A DNA stretch of 51,370 bases, taken from NCBI RefSeq assembly GCF_000743755.1, contig NW_014569509.1:1-51370 (forward strand). Direction: 5' to 3'. The first letter of the stretch is position 1. Each line of letters starts with the position of its first letter. This document shows positions 1 to 14,746 of this stretch, in pieces. The notes beneath the pieces were generated by a model. That model saw only the letters and a program-made list of their open reading frames with translations. It ran no database searches and was not told where the DNA came from. This DNA is from Blastocystis sp. subtype 4. Its lineage: Eukaryota. The translations under genes and the position numbers were made by a program.

Positions 1-1
1 A

Positions 2-274
2 TCTCAGGGTAGTTATATTGGTACCCAAAAGCGTACTTGTAAGTTAGGAACTGAAGATGGAGAGTGGGATAAGGCTTCTGGATTCTGCATGTCAGTTGTA
101 GTGATTGTAGTGATTGTAGTTGTGGTGGTTGTGATTATTGTTGTTATCGTGATATTGTTGGTAAGAGTGGGAAAGAAGCCGAAAACAGTTGGTGGAGTGA
201 AGGGTAAAAAAACAATCAAGACTACCAAGGTTGGTAATCAAGTCGCCAAGGAATCCAAACAGGTAGCTATTTAA
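2..274 (+). CDS. 3' end of a type I membrane surface protein (Cys-containing juxtamembrane module, TM helix, Lys-rich tail); 5' part lies outside the window
   Basis: Frame is open from base 2: SQGSYIGTQKRTCKLGTEDGEWDKASGFCMS-(V/I-rich TM)-RVGKKPKTVGGVKGKK...QVAI*. From memory it resembles the C-terminus of the expanded Blastocystis Ig-like surface protein family. TGTTTGT follows at 286. Confidence 0.7.
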   Translation, partial: SQGSYIGTQKRTCKLGTEDGEWDKASGFCMSVVVIVVIVVVVVVIIVVIVILLVRVGKKPKTVGGVKGKKTIKTTKVGNQVAKESKQVAI

Positions 275-610
275 TTCTTTTGATTGTTTGTAATAATGAA
301 ACCACTATCAGGATATAAAGAGTGAGACAATCAAATGTCTATGTGTTTGTTGAAGATGGATACTATAACAAGAACAGTTTTATCCCTTCACCACTCCCAT
401 TACTGATGGTTCATTGAGTACTCCAATGAAGTGTTGATTGGATTGAGGAGGAACAAATCGGAGATTGTTGATACTGAGAGCAATGAGAGACAATGTTGGA
501 TATCCCTCACTAATCAGATTCATCAATCCTCCCTTGTTCGTGCCCTCCATACCAATGATTCACTCTCTATCATGCCAATTATTCAACACAATGCACCTCC
601 ATTGCTAATC

Positions 611-618
611 AACAAACA
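611..618 (-). terminator. TGTTTGTT polyadenylation element of RecQ
   Basis: Minus strand reads CGG T|CGAT TGTTTGTT, with an in-frame T 4 nt upstream of the motif. Confidence 0.8.
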
Positions 619-622
619 ATCG

Positions 623-2760
<2,138 letters not shown>

Positions 2761-3087
2761 GGATGGTTAACAAAGAGTGATGACTCCACTTGATTCACCA
2801 TATAGATGTGTAGATTTGACAATATGAATTCAACAAGAGAAATCGGTTCATTTTCATCGACTCATATCTTCATTCCACCTTGAAGGAACAAGATGGAATA
2901 GTCTTATGATTTCATCCCAACTCCGATTAACAGTATGGCTATCAATAGCCAAACAATAATCCGCATTACCAAAAGGGCCTTAATTTATACTTCAATAGAA
3001 TGCAGAATTAGGTCCTTTCAGATAAATACTTTCTTTCGAGGTTTATCCAGTTTCTTCCAGATTTGGTTTCACAATTAGTTATTTGTA

Positions 3088-3843
3088 ATGGAGGGAGTAA
3101 AGTGTGTTACTGTTGGGTATCCACCATTTTTTGGCCTAAGGTATAGTGATGGTGCAGTAGGAAAGACTTGCATGCTAATTTCGTATGCTACGGATACATT
3201 TCCAAGTGACTATGTTCCTACTGGTACATTTTGATCGTTATGAATAATGTCCAGTGTTTGACAATTATCAGGCTTCTGTCATGGTGGATAAGAAACCTAT
3301 TAGTCTGGGATTGTGGGATACGGCAGGTATTTTTTTCTATTTGTTGTCATTGGAAAGGACAGGAAGATTACGATCGTTTGCGTCCCTTGAGTTATCCTCG
3401 AACAGATATCTTCCTTCTCTGTTTTTCCATTGATAAGTTTGAATTTGTTCTGTTGTTGATCCTGTAGTCGTGTCTCTTTCGAGAATATCGAAAAGAAATG
3501 GCATCCTGAGATTAGTCACCACTGGCAAAATACAAAGGTCCCAGTTCCTTGTATTTTGGTTGGCCTGAAGGCTGATGTTCGTAATGATGCCGAGGCAATG
3601 AAGGATCTAACGAGAAAGAATTGTGAACCCGTGAGTCCTGAGGAAGTTGATATGAATAGGGAATCTAATCGGTAGGGCGAGAAGATGGCTCAACGCATTC
3701 AGGCTGATTCGTATATGGAGTGTAGTGCAAAGACTCAGAATGGACTAAAGGAGGTGTTCGACCGTGCAATTAAGGTGGCTCTACGAAACAGGGCACAGAG
3801 TCCCAATGCAGAAAGAAAGGGATGTGGCTGTTGTATTATGTAG
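3088..3843 (+). CDS. Rho-family (Rac-like) small GTPase, ~5 micro-introns
   Basis: [59 protein letters not shown], ending in the CAAX box CCIM* (TAG 3841-3843). TGTTTGTT at 3852-3859. Confidence 0.95.
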
Positions 3844-3918
3844 TTGTGAAGTGTTTGTTCTTGAATAGGGAATCCATATTGTTCAATGATAGAATCAAAC
3901 TCTTCCAACAAACAAAGA

Positions 3919-5670
3919 AGTCATCAGAATGAGCAAACGCATTCTGTCGTTTCTTCCATTTCTCTATAGTACCCTTCAGTAAATCCCATCCATGTTGTTT
4001 TGATAATACTTCACACAAATCTGGATTCTTCTCCTCGTTTCTTTGAAGGATCAGACAGAGAGCAATCACCGCACTAGAATATCCAACGTAATCCTCTGTC
4101 TCTGAACAACGTGTACTCTCTATCCTCTGCGCCGCTTGTGTCACCACATCCACAAAGCCATCTTCTTCCAGTACATGCTTCCACAGAAGCGACTGCTTAC
4201 TCTGGAAGCAGGCTGTAAAGAAGGCTATCCACGCTTGATGCAAGGCACTGCACCATGGAAACTGGAACAATAATTGCATCACTCGATTGGCTATGTTCCA
4301 TTTCAAATACTCTTCAATCACCACGGAATAATCCGTGCCCAACAAACAAGCAAGTAATGATACAATACAAACACGGATTATTCCGCATCGTTCAATTCGA
4401 CCTACTGTTGTGAGGAGTGATGTTGGTAATTCGATTGTCAAATCCTCCACAGAATGATTCACCTATTCATTTCATTCAAATCTTCAATACTACTGGAGGC
4501 ATTTCCAGAATTGACAAAAAGAGTTCCAAATTCTGTACGATCATATGAATCACCGAATCCTCTTCTATCCTTGCAACAGAGAGTTTCCTAATATACAACT
4601 CGATTTGCTTGAAAGCATTTGCAAATAATGAAGGAAACTGTTCGTACTGGAGTTTCGTCTTCACTTCTTCCTCAGAGAGAATGATGGATTCAGGAGGTGA
4701 AACGCCCACAAGACTAGCCAATGCACTAATGATCACAGCAAGCTGTTTCATTAGTTTTGTTTGCTCTTCTAACAATAGTTGATTCCTCAGGTTGAATGTT
4801 CTCATCAGACTTACTCCGTATCCTCAGAGAGAATGAGTTCACATCCTGTCATTCCTGATAGTTTCTTGAATAATTCAACGACAGTAGGTTCCATCAACAT
4901 TCCTGAGATATCTATCCGTTTGATACAAGAGGCATTTTCTACTGATCATAGCAATAATCGAATTATACCCAGGAAATCAGCAATAATGGGGAGAATCTTT
5001 CCTGTGATATGATTCTGAGCTACATTGAGATAACTCAGTGAGGAACAACGGCGAAGGAAGAAGACCAAATGACGAAAACCTTCATTGCCCAGTGAATTGT
5101 CTTTGCAAGAAAGCATCTGCAATGATTTAGCAGAAGAAAGAGAAGAAAGAGAACTAACGAGCTCTGGAGTCAGACTATATCGTAACGAAAAGCAATGTGT
5201 ACCCTGTGTTATCAAGAATCAATGTACTTACGGAAGATTTAGCAATAGCTGAACATAGAACGGAAAAAGCATGTTCATCAAACTCATTATCACTATATCT
5301 CATGAAAGATATACAGAATAACGATAGATCCAAATATACAATTCGTTGATTCACTTTGACTACCGAACACAGTGCTTTTAGACACTTTTCAGAAATCTAT
5401 CATCACAGTCACAGTTACGAAAGTACATGATTTGATGAGAAAACTAACTCAGAGAAAGTAGGACAGGACTTCAGATACTTGCACAAGGAACAAAACGCTT
5501 TTTCTGATGGATGAATATCTATAGGTCATCTCTTCCAATAGGTTGAACTAGAAATATTCAGCCGATCCTTTGATATGACGGCATCAGGTATCCACTTGGA
5601 TATCTCTTCTTCACATGTCTATTTCACAAATGAAAATGGCAATTACGACGATATCCAGCGAGTTGCTCAT
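3919..5670 (-). CDS. Protein with N-terminal RNI-like leucine-rich repeats and a C-terminal SAPS (SIT4-associated/PPP6R)-like region
   Basis: LRR-like segments LQMLSCKDNSLGNEG and LSYLNVAQNHIT. SAPS-like segments LLFQFPWCSALH and GYSSAVIALC. Start 5670 is inferred. The predicted stop is T(3919)+poly(A), 4 nt before TGTTTGTT at 3914-3907. Confidence 0.55.
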
Positions 5671-5895
5671 TGAGGGACAAAAAGGTAACAATTTGCGGCA
5701 TTTGGCAAAAGAATAAACGATTTGTGACTTGAGCCACAAATAGGAAATATTATTGTAGATGTAAAAGGAGAACATATTTAGGTATCATCATTGTATTGGT
5801 CTCATCATTAGGGAACGCACTATTCTTGAGTTTCGAAGATACTTTCTGCCTTATAGAGTTAGTTAATTCAATCAACACTATTCTGTTGAAAGACC

Positions 5896-7177
5896 ATGAA
5901 ACCTGAGTTATTTATATCATGGTATTGCATGATACTTATTATCTTCCTCGTTATGACTATCAAGGGTTATCTTTCTCGTTGTATTGTTGCTTCCTTTTCA
6001 TCTTCTAGAAAGAGAGGAAATAGCGATCGGCGCTAGTAGTTTGTGTAGGATTAGATAGGAATTGTTACTAGTAGATTGTGATGTTTTTGATCTCCACATG
6101 GAACGGCAGGAAAACTTTGTGTTTGGGCGTGCCGGGAATGAGTCAATTCTCATTTTTGTGTTTTTAGGGGTAAATCAGACTCATGTTACAGTAACTGACA
6201 TTTTATCAAATGGTATATTAATTGCAAAAGCAAGTCAAGGGGAGAGATGGATTTGCAGACTCGATTACTTCTTCGATTCTTCTCCTGAAGTTATTTTGCT
6301 TGGTTATTCTGTCAATCGACATTGTATCTCCAAAATCTATCATTTTCATACTCCTCTCATTCTCACTGATACGGTCTTATGTTCATCTCCTCTGGATGTA
6401 GCACTTCTACCAGGTATTATTTTCATCTCTCTCTTCAAGTAGATCGTGTTGTTGTTCATATGCCCTGTACTTCCTCTCCTATATATTATGTCCTTCCATC
6501 CTCCTCATGCACGCGTTCTCTTCTCTATCAAGACCGTCATCTCGTCAAGTGGTTCTTCTCCACCGTTCTCATTTGTAGTTCATCTGACGACTCGCTCTCT
6601 CTGCCTCGAACGAGTTCGCTGTGTCTTGGAGCTGTCTGCGGACGCTGTCAAGTCAAACCACAACTCATTCAAGCCTCAAGCGTGGATCAGCGATTTGATT
6701 CATCTTTCAGCTCTAACAAGGACATAAATCATATGTTCTACGAGATGGGGGTAACTGCTTTTTCGGATCCCAAACCCATCTCCAATATTACAGCATCGGT
6801 CTTCCATTCTTCTCTCTTTTACAAATCCACTTCTCCTGATCAGTTGAAATATCGACATTGGAAACGATGTCGTTATGCCAATGAAAAGGCCATGGAATTG
6901 ACCGATTTCCAGTGTTTGAGTGGAGTGGTATTTATTTCTGTTAAATTGAATGCCAATTCCACTAATCTCTACTATTTGGTTGTCCCTAGTGGATATGCAA
7001 AGAAAGAAATTCGAGATCGAGATGTCTTACAGTATGGAACGTTTGCAGGTTCTTTTGAACGTGAACTTGTGACTCTTGCCATTACTGACTATTATCCGTA
7101 TATTAAGAATGTACTCTATATCGTTTCAACGACAACTTCATGTATACAGAAGGTGATTAAACGTCGTTTTCTACCTT
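5896..7177 (+). CDS. Hypothetical protein with an N-terminal signal/TM segment; multi-exon
   Basis: ATG 5896 begins MKPELFISWYCMILIIFLVMTIK. The last exon ends KRRFLP-T(7177), then 4 nt, then TGTTTGTT (7182-7189). Internal exon boundaries are uncertain. Confidence 0.45.
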
Positions 7178-7206
7178 TCTGTGTTTGTTTCTCCCATTCG
7201 TTTGTT

Positions 7207-8962
7207 ATGAGTAGTGATTTTCATTCTCATGTGCAAGAATTCCATGTTGCTCTCTCCGAAGGACATTTCGATCTTGCTCAACACCATCTTCAAGGCATGA
7301 GGTTCTTCGTTCAATCTCTTATGGGTTCAGATGAAAAAGATGTTGAGCTGTATAAACAAGTAGTATTAAATTACACTTCTTATGGATAGATGCTTGAGCA
7401 TTGTCAAAAGAAACTCGAAATGACGCTTATCAACACGTATAAATCATATATTAAGGACCAACGTATCTTTCCAGATAATTTTTGGGGTAAATGGTTCATA
7501 TGTCATGTCACTGTAGACATATGCAATCAGAACGGAATCAAAAGTGTAATGATCGAATATTTATCGAAAGAAGGATTTGTAGAGATTCGCACCCACTTAG
7601 AGAGTATCTGTCGTCGAGAAACTGAAGCAATGCTGTTAGAAGAGAACTCTGTATAAACGGGGAGATTCGTTCATTGTAGGTGCAGAATCTGAAAGCTGAT
7701 ATTTCCTCGTTTTTGCGTGATGACTTGTCGTCTCTTATCGAGTACTCTTCATACATTCAGAAACTCATGGGAATCTGTTCCTTGGATGAACTTCAAACCC
7801 TGCGGAATGTGCCCATCTTATAGTTGAATAAAGTGTAGGACTGTATACAGAGTCTTGAGTGGTGTTATCGAGCGTTTCAAACGAATTTGCTCCATTCCTC
7901 CCGGATTCATATCTGTCAATCCGTCATCAATTCTGCAGAATCGTTGTACTGTTCATTCAATCTCATCCACAGATCTTTTCCTATTCGTCTTCACTCCCTA
8001 CCTGAAGATACCAAATCCTTATGCGATGAATCGTTATCTCTTCTATCTGCATTTCTCGTATCAACACAACCCTTTTCATTGGATACCTCTCCTATCCAGA
8101 CACTTTTTCGCTCCATTCATCAGTTTTCTATTCTGTTAAATCTCTCAATCGCATTTTCTGATCATCCATATTGTTCTATTGATCTCGTTCGTGACTTGAT
8201 ATTCATTCTCCAGTCTGCCAGCCAGTTGGATCAAATCACCAGAATCAACACTCCTTCTATTATTCCCCAATTATTCCCTTTTTTTCAACAGTCTATTGAG
8301 AATACGATGAACCAAGAATCTCCATGTACTTGGTTGGATGTGAGTGATTCCATTCTCCAATCCTTTGACAGGTTGAATCATCGAGTTCTATCAAACATAG
8401 TGTTTCTCTTTTGCAACAATACCTAACTCGTCTTAATGACTTTTCTTGTGATGTACTATTTCTTTCTTCTCTGTGAGATAGAACCTTTGTATTCGCCTTA
8501 CAAACATTCTTAAACAGCGAATAGAACATCCCTTACGAGAAGCTGTTCATCGTGATTTCACCCGGTATTCGTATACCCTCTCACCTGAAGAGTATGATAT
8601 ACTTCTTCTACAGCCACTGTTGCTTCCATCGATCACTTCGATTCCTGTGTGTCCTGTTACTTGTGACTATGCTTTCGACAATGTAAACCAGATGAAATGG
8701 ACAATTATCTGTAATCAGTGGATGCAAGAAATGCTACAGAATCGGTTCACTGAATGTGGGGGACTGTTAGTGCGGAGACTTGTTCGTGTTCTGATGGATG
8801 CCATGGGTTCAACTTCCTGTGATGAACTCAAGACGATTGAATTAATGTCAATATTAGTGAGTGTACCAATCAATGTGGTGGATGTGGACGCAATTTGTCA
8901 GAATGCAAGGGTTCAACTCCCTCCTGAGCAAGTACAAGCCATTCTTCGTTTACGGATTGCCT
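7207..8962 (+). CDS. RINT1/TIP20-like (CATCHR tethering) protein
   Basis: Helical protein starting MSSDFHSHVQEF. The C-terminal NRFTECGG and LPPEQVQAILRLR resemble RINT1 F.EGGA.Q and ..V..IL.RR. The predicted stop is T(8962)+poly(A) before TGTTTGTT at 8967-8974. Confidence 0.5.
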
Positions 8963-9011
8963 TATCTGTTTGTTAAAGCTTCCAACTCTACCAACAAACA
9001 ATGTAAATGAC

Positions 9012-9531
9012 CTACACCTTTCCATCTGCTCGCTTCTTAACAACATTAATGCCCATTGACTTGGTTGAGTTTATAATCTGTGACACAATACTCTTTAGAG
9101 GGATCAAACGTAAATTGGGATCCGTTTGCTTCACTTTCGCAATCTCATAAATCTGCTTCAGTGTCACCTCTCCCACAATTTCATGTCCTGGTTCATGTCT
9201 AAGAACTCAATTTCTCCTTATTATCTCACGCTGCCTTCTCAATACCTGCACAACGCTTAATAAACCAAGACGTTTGAGGAGTCTTCGTATCGAAATGATA
9301 TGAGTTATCTGAATAAGCAGTTAATGTCAACTGAACCGGAATACCAGGAACGTACTGTGAAGTGGCATTATTGACATCTTTGCAAAAATCACGCATATTA
9401 ATCCCTAATGGACCCAATGCCTATGCATAAAACTCCGTCCAATCCACCACTTGTCCAATAGCGGCAGAAGGCTTTGCCTGCTGCGCAGCAATACGAAGAC
9501 GAATGCATGCCGTTACAACTGGCTTCGACAT
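9012..9531 (-). CDS. MRPL11: Mitochondrial-type ribosomal protein uL11
   Basis: IRLRIAAQQAKPSAAIGQ|ALGPLGINMRDFCK..VTLKQIYEIAKVK..KSMGINVV. TAG at 9014-9012 and TGTTTGTT at 9000-8993. Confidence 0.93.
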
Positions 9532-9616
9532 GCTTCCTGAATACAGAATTATACCAATTCGGTCTGTTTCCCGAAAAAACCGCTTTTGCGCCTCATTTAT
9601 CACTTGTTTTCTATCG

Positions 9617-10058
9617 ATGGATGAATACAAGAAAGTAGTCAGCAGCAAGCTGAAGTTCAAAGGAAGTGTTCTTCCTGTAAAAGAAAAGAAGAGCAAGTGA
9701 TGATTGCTTGGTAACGTTGAATTGTAGAAAGAAGAGTGTTAAGCCAAGTGCAAAGCTGGAAAAACTGATTGTCAAACCTGGAGAGGAAAAGAACTATCAC
9801 CCGGTAGAACCAGTGGAAGATTATAGAACAGAAGCAGAGAAACGCTTCGATGAACGCCTGAAACAGAAAGTTTGACTCTAGTATCGATATTATGGATAGG
9901 AGAAGGATTTCATTGAAAAGCGTTCCAAAATGTCGTATCAAGAGGTTGTTGATGTACGATATGGTATTCAAGATAATGTGTAGGAGATGAATGCAAAACT
10001 GGAGAAGCTCACAGATCACAACGATATACCAAGGATTGCTGCTGCTGGATTGGGGTGA
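9617..10058 (+). CDS. FAM32A: FAM32A-like (DUF1754) splicing-associated protein; 3 introns
   Basis: MDEYKKVVSSKLKFKG...RTEAEKRFDERLKQK|..MSYQEVVD|EMNAKLEKLTDHNDIPRIAAAGLG* matches the FAM32A pattern. It is divergent from MRPL11 across 85 bp. Confidence 0.8.
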
Positions 10059-11293
10059 GTGTATTTGTAATTGTTTATGTATCCATAATCGATGTCATAA
10101 ATGTTGGTTGAGAAACGTTCTGTATATCTGTGTGAGTGGATTTTGTATCCATTTTCAGTGATTTAGCAAACAATTATTGAGGTAGGAGTATCTCTCTTGA
10201 CCACTGTGTATCCTTATGGAATTATGTTTTTTTTGTGATCACCGTGCCTTGAATCTATTTCTTTCAGGAGCTCAGACTATCCGCTGAATCATTCACTAGG
10301 GATACACTTCTATAAACTGAGGATGGAGTGTTGAATTTGGGTACTATAAATGGTTGATAGCCAAATTAGATGATTCCCACATGTGTTTATAATTAGAATC
10401 GTTTCAAAGTTTGACATATGTGTTGAAGATGATTCTTTGGATCATATAAACTACCTACACAGTATCAGATGAACCATTACAGTCATTTTACCTTCTGTAT
10501 TCTCGTTATCTCCCTGATTACTCCAATCACTTAGTACAAAAGACAATGTATCACTATAGATGATGAGCGGAATCAATTGCTTACACACCTTTAGATACGT
10601 TGCATCCTTAGCAACCAAGAGGCACAACATAGAACCTACACCAAGTACCGATGGAACTCAGACATTATTGCCAATAATCGTTTTGTATATAATGAGAATA
10701 GATGGGGACTCTTGGAGTGATACAGAGAATCATGTATTGAAGAGATGAGTGGTAATGATATTGATAGATTAGACTCCCTTCTCTATCTACATTCAAGGAA
10801 GATGTTACAATTACAGTAGGATAGACTTAGTGATTTAGGAGAGTGATGATACGACTGAATTTGAATTTGACACTCCATCACTCACTGATAAAGGAATTTA
10901 ACTGGATTATTAATCATCCGATGTGAAAGAGTAAACAGTTCGAGTATGATTGAGATGCTCGGCTCACTTAATCAATTCAAGCTAAGAACTAGACCGAAAA
11001 TTCGGATATCACACAAGAGTTAGCATGTTGAACATAATAGATGCTGTTGTGCACAACTGAATGACTCTTTCGTGTCACATCACATCACCTATTACGATGA
11101 TCATTTCTTGTGTATTCCAGGCAATCGGAATTAATTAATCACTTCTAACCATCCACAATAATAATGATCTAGAATTAATATCTCTACCAAACAACAATTT
11201 AGAATTAATTTACTTATAACTAATACAATCATAATAATTCTTACAACCAATTGTATTCAATTAATCCCATTCAATTAATCCCATTCATTCGTT

Positions 11294-12816
11294 ATGGATG
11301 ATCTTGAGACTCGTATCAAACAGTACATATCCAATGAGTTATTTGATGATGGTGGGATCTGTGTCGTTTGGGTTATGATTAGCGATTACTCTCTGTATCG
11401 AAGCGAATGTCCTGAGTCCGGACTCCAAATGGAATTTGTGGATCGCTAGAGCCTTATATCAGCAGAAGGAGTATCGTCGTTGTGTTGTTTGTCTCGAACA
11501 GTGTCCAAAACGAGAATCTTGGTATTATTTGACTAATAATTGTCACTGTAGTCTGCTTTTGGCAAAATGTTTCTTTCATTTAGGGGAGTTCGACAAAGCG
11601 CTTTCCTATCTTCAGGATATTGATGTATTCGTATTATCCTTTCATCAGTCTAGGATGAAGCGATTATGGATGCCCCATTCTTCAAGTTGATGGGAGATGT
11701 GCTTTCGGAACTGGGCTATACGGATCTTGCAAAAACAGCTTACCTTTCTAGTTATCAAAAGGATCCTCTTCTTTTATCTGTCCGTCATTCTCTTCATGAA
11801 TTGGGTGTAAACATTGAAGAGAAGGAGGATGGATCTAATAGCTCATCTTCTCTACAGTCGATTCATCTGCTTGGAATTCAGCACTCGGCACTGGTTCGAC
11901 ATCTCCCAATTCCGTATTCATCCTCCCCACTTCACTATTACTATCGATTTCTTTCAGAGTATGATGAAAACAACTATTCTAAAGCTTGTCAGTCCTTTAG
12001 CACATTACAACACATCTTCCCATGGTGGAACGAAGGTGTTGATCGATATTCCTCCATTCTCTTTGTTGAAAAGCGTGAAAAGGAGCTCGCTGCTCTTTGG
12101 ACACGAGTCTCTCAGATTGCTCCTGAGGCAAAGGAAGCAGCTGTGGTTCATGCAAACCTAGCCTCCTTGCGTGGAGAAGGTAGTGTCTTAGGGATATTAG
12201 ATCAGTTAACCCACTCCTTTCCTCGCTATTCATACGGACATCAGTTGCTGGGAGATGAACGTCTACTTTGTGGGGAGCCAGACAAAGCACTGAATGCCTT
12301 TCGAGCTGCATTGCGTCTTTCTCCATTCGAGTTTCGTGTGTGGCTGGGACTGGGGGATTGCTATGCTTTGAAAGGAGATTCTTCCACAGCTCAGTGTCAT
12401 TATGAAGAAGCTCTTCGCCTATATCCTGGTTGCGTAAGCGGTCTCTGTAGACTCATTCAATCGTTCATTCAACAAGGAGAGATATCTCAAGCTCAACGTC
12501 ATTTGGATCAAGGATTGAAAGTGGCACCAGAAGATGTGAAATTATTGCTTCTTCAAGCCCAAGTATTCAGGCTCCAAAAGCAGTGGAAATCAGCTGTGGG
12601 GGTGTATGAGAAGGTCCTATCCAAGAGCAGTCTAGAGGTATCTGTGTATGTGGATATGGCCCAGTGTTATCATGAACTTGGAAATATGGCGGAGAGCAAG
12701 CGACTTCTCTTTCTGGCAGCCAAGATGGATAGTCAGAACCAGCATGCTATAATGGTAATAACTGTGAATTCTATTTGATCTAGACAATGTTAAAAGACTA
12801 TCAATTTGAAGAATAA
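11294..12816 (+). CDS. TPR protein, CDC27/APC3-like anaphase-promoting complex subunit
   Basis: N-terminal LLLAKCFFHLGEF. TPR array with VDRYSSIL, YSYGHQLLGDE and FRAALRLSPFEFRVWLGLGDCY resembles CDC27. APC7 or another TPR subunit is not excluded. Confidence 0.65.
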
Positions 12817-12825
12817 GAAACAAGC

Positions 12826-13208
12826 TCAAGACATCATTTCTTTTAGTAGTTGTTCTTTTTGTTCCTTTTCAACAATAATATCATCCAACTATTAATGAAA
12901 CAGGACAATGTCTCTGACCTGATCGGCAATCTTTCCACATTTCACTTTGGCTTCCCATACATCAGCACCAGACCCTAAGACAGCAGCAGCAAATAAGGGA
13001 GAGTATCGTTTTGTCCAAATACTCAGAGGAACCGATAACAACGTGAAAGCTGTAAAGTACTATTCATAATTGATACAGATCCATGTCATACACGCACTCT
13101 CCAGGAAATGCATTTGTCATAGTCTTTTCGAAGTTGCTGTTCCTGGGTTCGCAAAAAAGACAACCGATCTTCAAGTTCAGTAGCACAGGGTTCAGAACTC
13201 TCTTCCAT
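12826..13208 (-). CDS. Small (~105 aa) hypothetical membrane protein with 2 introns; absent from the ORF track
   Basis: MEESSEPCATELEDRLSFLRTQEQQLRKDYDKCISWR|YFTAFTLLSVPLSIWTKRYSPLFAAAVLGSGADVWEAKVKCGKIADQ|LDDIIVEKEQKEQLLKEMMS*, followed by TGTTTCTT. Confidence 0.6.
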
Positions 13209-13237
13209 GGTATAATGGAAATGCCAACAAACAAGTA

Positions 13238-14647
13238 TTAATCACTACTCTTCTTATCAAAACGAATATTGAGTGGTTGCAACATATCATCATTCGAATA
13301 ACACTCCTTCATTAATCGGAAGACATACGAAGGAGCATATGCTCCCTTTGGTGTTAGAATAATCGAAATATATTCAGGCGGAATATAATCGTATACTGGA
13401 CTCACAATATCCACCTGACGTAATTCCTGATCGCTAAGTGCATATGGAATTACTGTGGAAGGAGAATAGAAGTCATTGATTGCAGATTGATCAGAGCAAA
13501 AGAGTGGAACAAGCTATGTGATAATCTTATTGGTTCATGTCATACCTTGTACATTCCACTCAATACAATCACAGGTACTCGAAATTGGGCTGCAGCCATA
13601 ACGAGGTTGGATCCTCCGGATGGAACAAGAACTCCTCCATTAGCTAGAACAGCATGACATCCAATCACCACTTTGTTACAACGAGACATCACTGTAAACG
13701 AGGCGGCATCGTGGATCAATGATGTCCGCAAACCCTTTTCTGCTAATTCCACTGCAAACGACTGGCCAGCCAAACTAGGAAATGTCTCACAACAAATCAC
13801 ATCGATTCCCGTTCCCTCCATTTCCTGATTCGCGTGAGTGAGGAACGCAGCAACCGCCCGTGATCGGGAATACGTCAGAATAATTTCTCCATTGTTGATA
13901 AAGTGTTCACTCTCCTCACAGATCTTCTGGCTCGCTTCTTCAATATCATCCAAAATTTCCTCTTGCATCACCTCTTTGATATTCTATCGATCAGAGAGAA
14001 ATTCGATACACACTTCTAACAATCCCAACTTATCTTGAATACGATCATACAACGTATCCACAGAAACAGAAGATGAAACTGTCGACAGGAGAGAGTCTTG
14101 GTAGCCTTCAACAACACCGACACGATTCTGCTGTTTCTGTTCCTAACCAATGATAATCCACTGTTACACCTACTTCAATGTATAAATCAAATGTCTGTTG
14201 TTCAATAATGTGAATACATCGAGGAATTACCGAGATAATGGAAAGAGCTACAGATTACAAATAACATAGACCAAGTACACATGGGTTGCTTCTTCAAAAG
14301 AGAATAAGCGAGCAACCGAAGATTATTGCGGTATTCCTCGTAATTGACAATAGGAAAGTTCTCCACCTACAAGTCATGACTGTCAACCAGTTCCCACAAT
14401 TTCAAAAAGAATCTCATAGGTTTTTTTCGCTGCATCGTACGCTGAGAAGACTTCGCTATCCATCACGCTTTTCTCACCATCTCCCACCGTCGCTGCAATT
14501 TTACTGAGAATGCATCATATTCCTCCAGAAGACGCTCACTTCTTCCAAGCCATTTGCGAAGATCGTTCTCTTCTTTGGAATGACTGACTATTTATGATGT
14601 TCATCCTAACGTGAGTATGTACCGTTGTTTAATGGAAGCGCTGTCAT
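13238..14647 (-). CDS. EIF2B2: Translation initiation factor eIF2B beta subunit
   Basis: IF-2B domain: EHFINNGEIILTYSRS, CETFPSLAG, MSRCNKVVIGCHAVLANGG, PVYDYIPPEY, APSYVFRLMKECY. TAA at 13240-13238 lies exactly 4 nt before TGTTTGTT. Confidence 0.9.
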
Positions 14648-14746
14648 CTTCTTGAGTATTATTTGGACCCAGATTCTGTTTGTAATTGAATATAGATACA
14701 GGGCATCAATCTGGATTCCATGGTTTCATTTACAAGAATCACAATT

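Noticed and set aside
89..160. GTT/GTA/GTG-rich quasi-repeat and the antisense poly-Thr ORF (13-228)
   Set aside because: It is Val/Ile codon usage of a TM helix on the + strand, not a repeat array or mucin gene.
300..600. ORF 431-742 and surrounding sequence
   Set aside because: It has no recognisable domain and is partly antisense to RecQ; at most it is a decayed relic.
2765..3060. Short hydrophobic minus-strand frame MRIIVWLLIAILLIGVG upstream of RecQ
   Set aside because: It hits a stop after 20 codons, and I could not build a consistent spliced model.
3117..3146. Rac first intron beginning GTATCCAC as a possible U12 intron
   Set aside because: It deviates from RTATCCTT, has U2-class length and has no convincing branch point.
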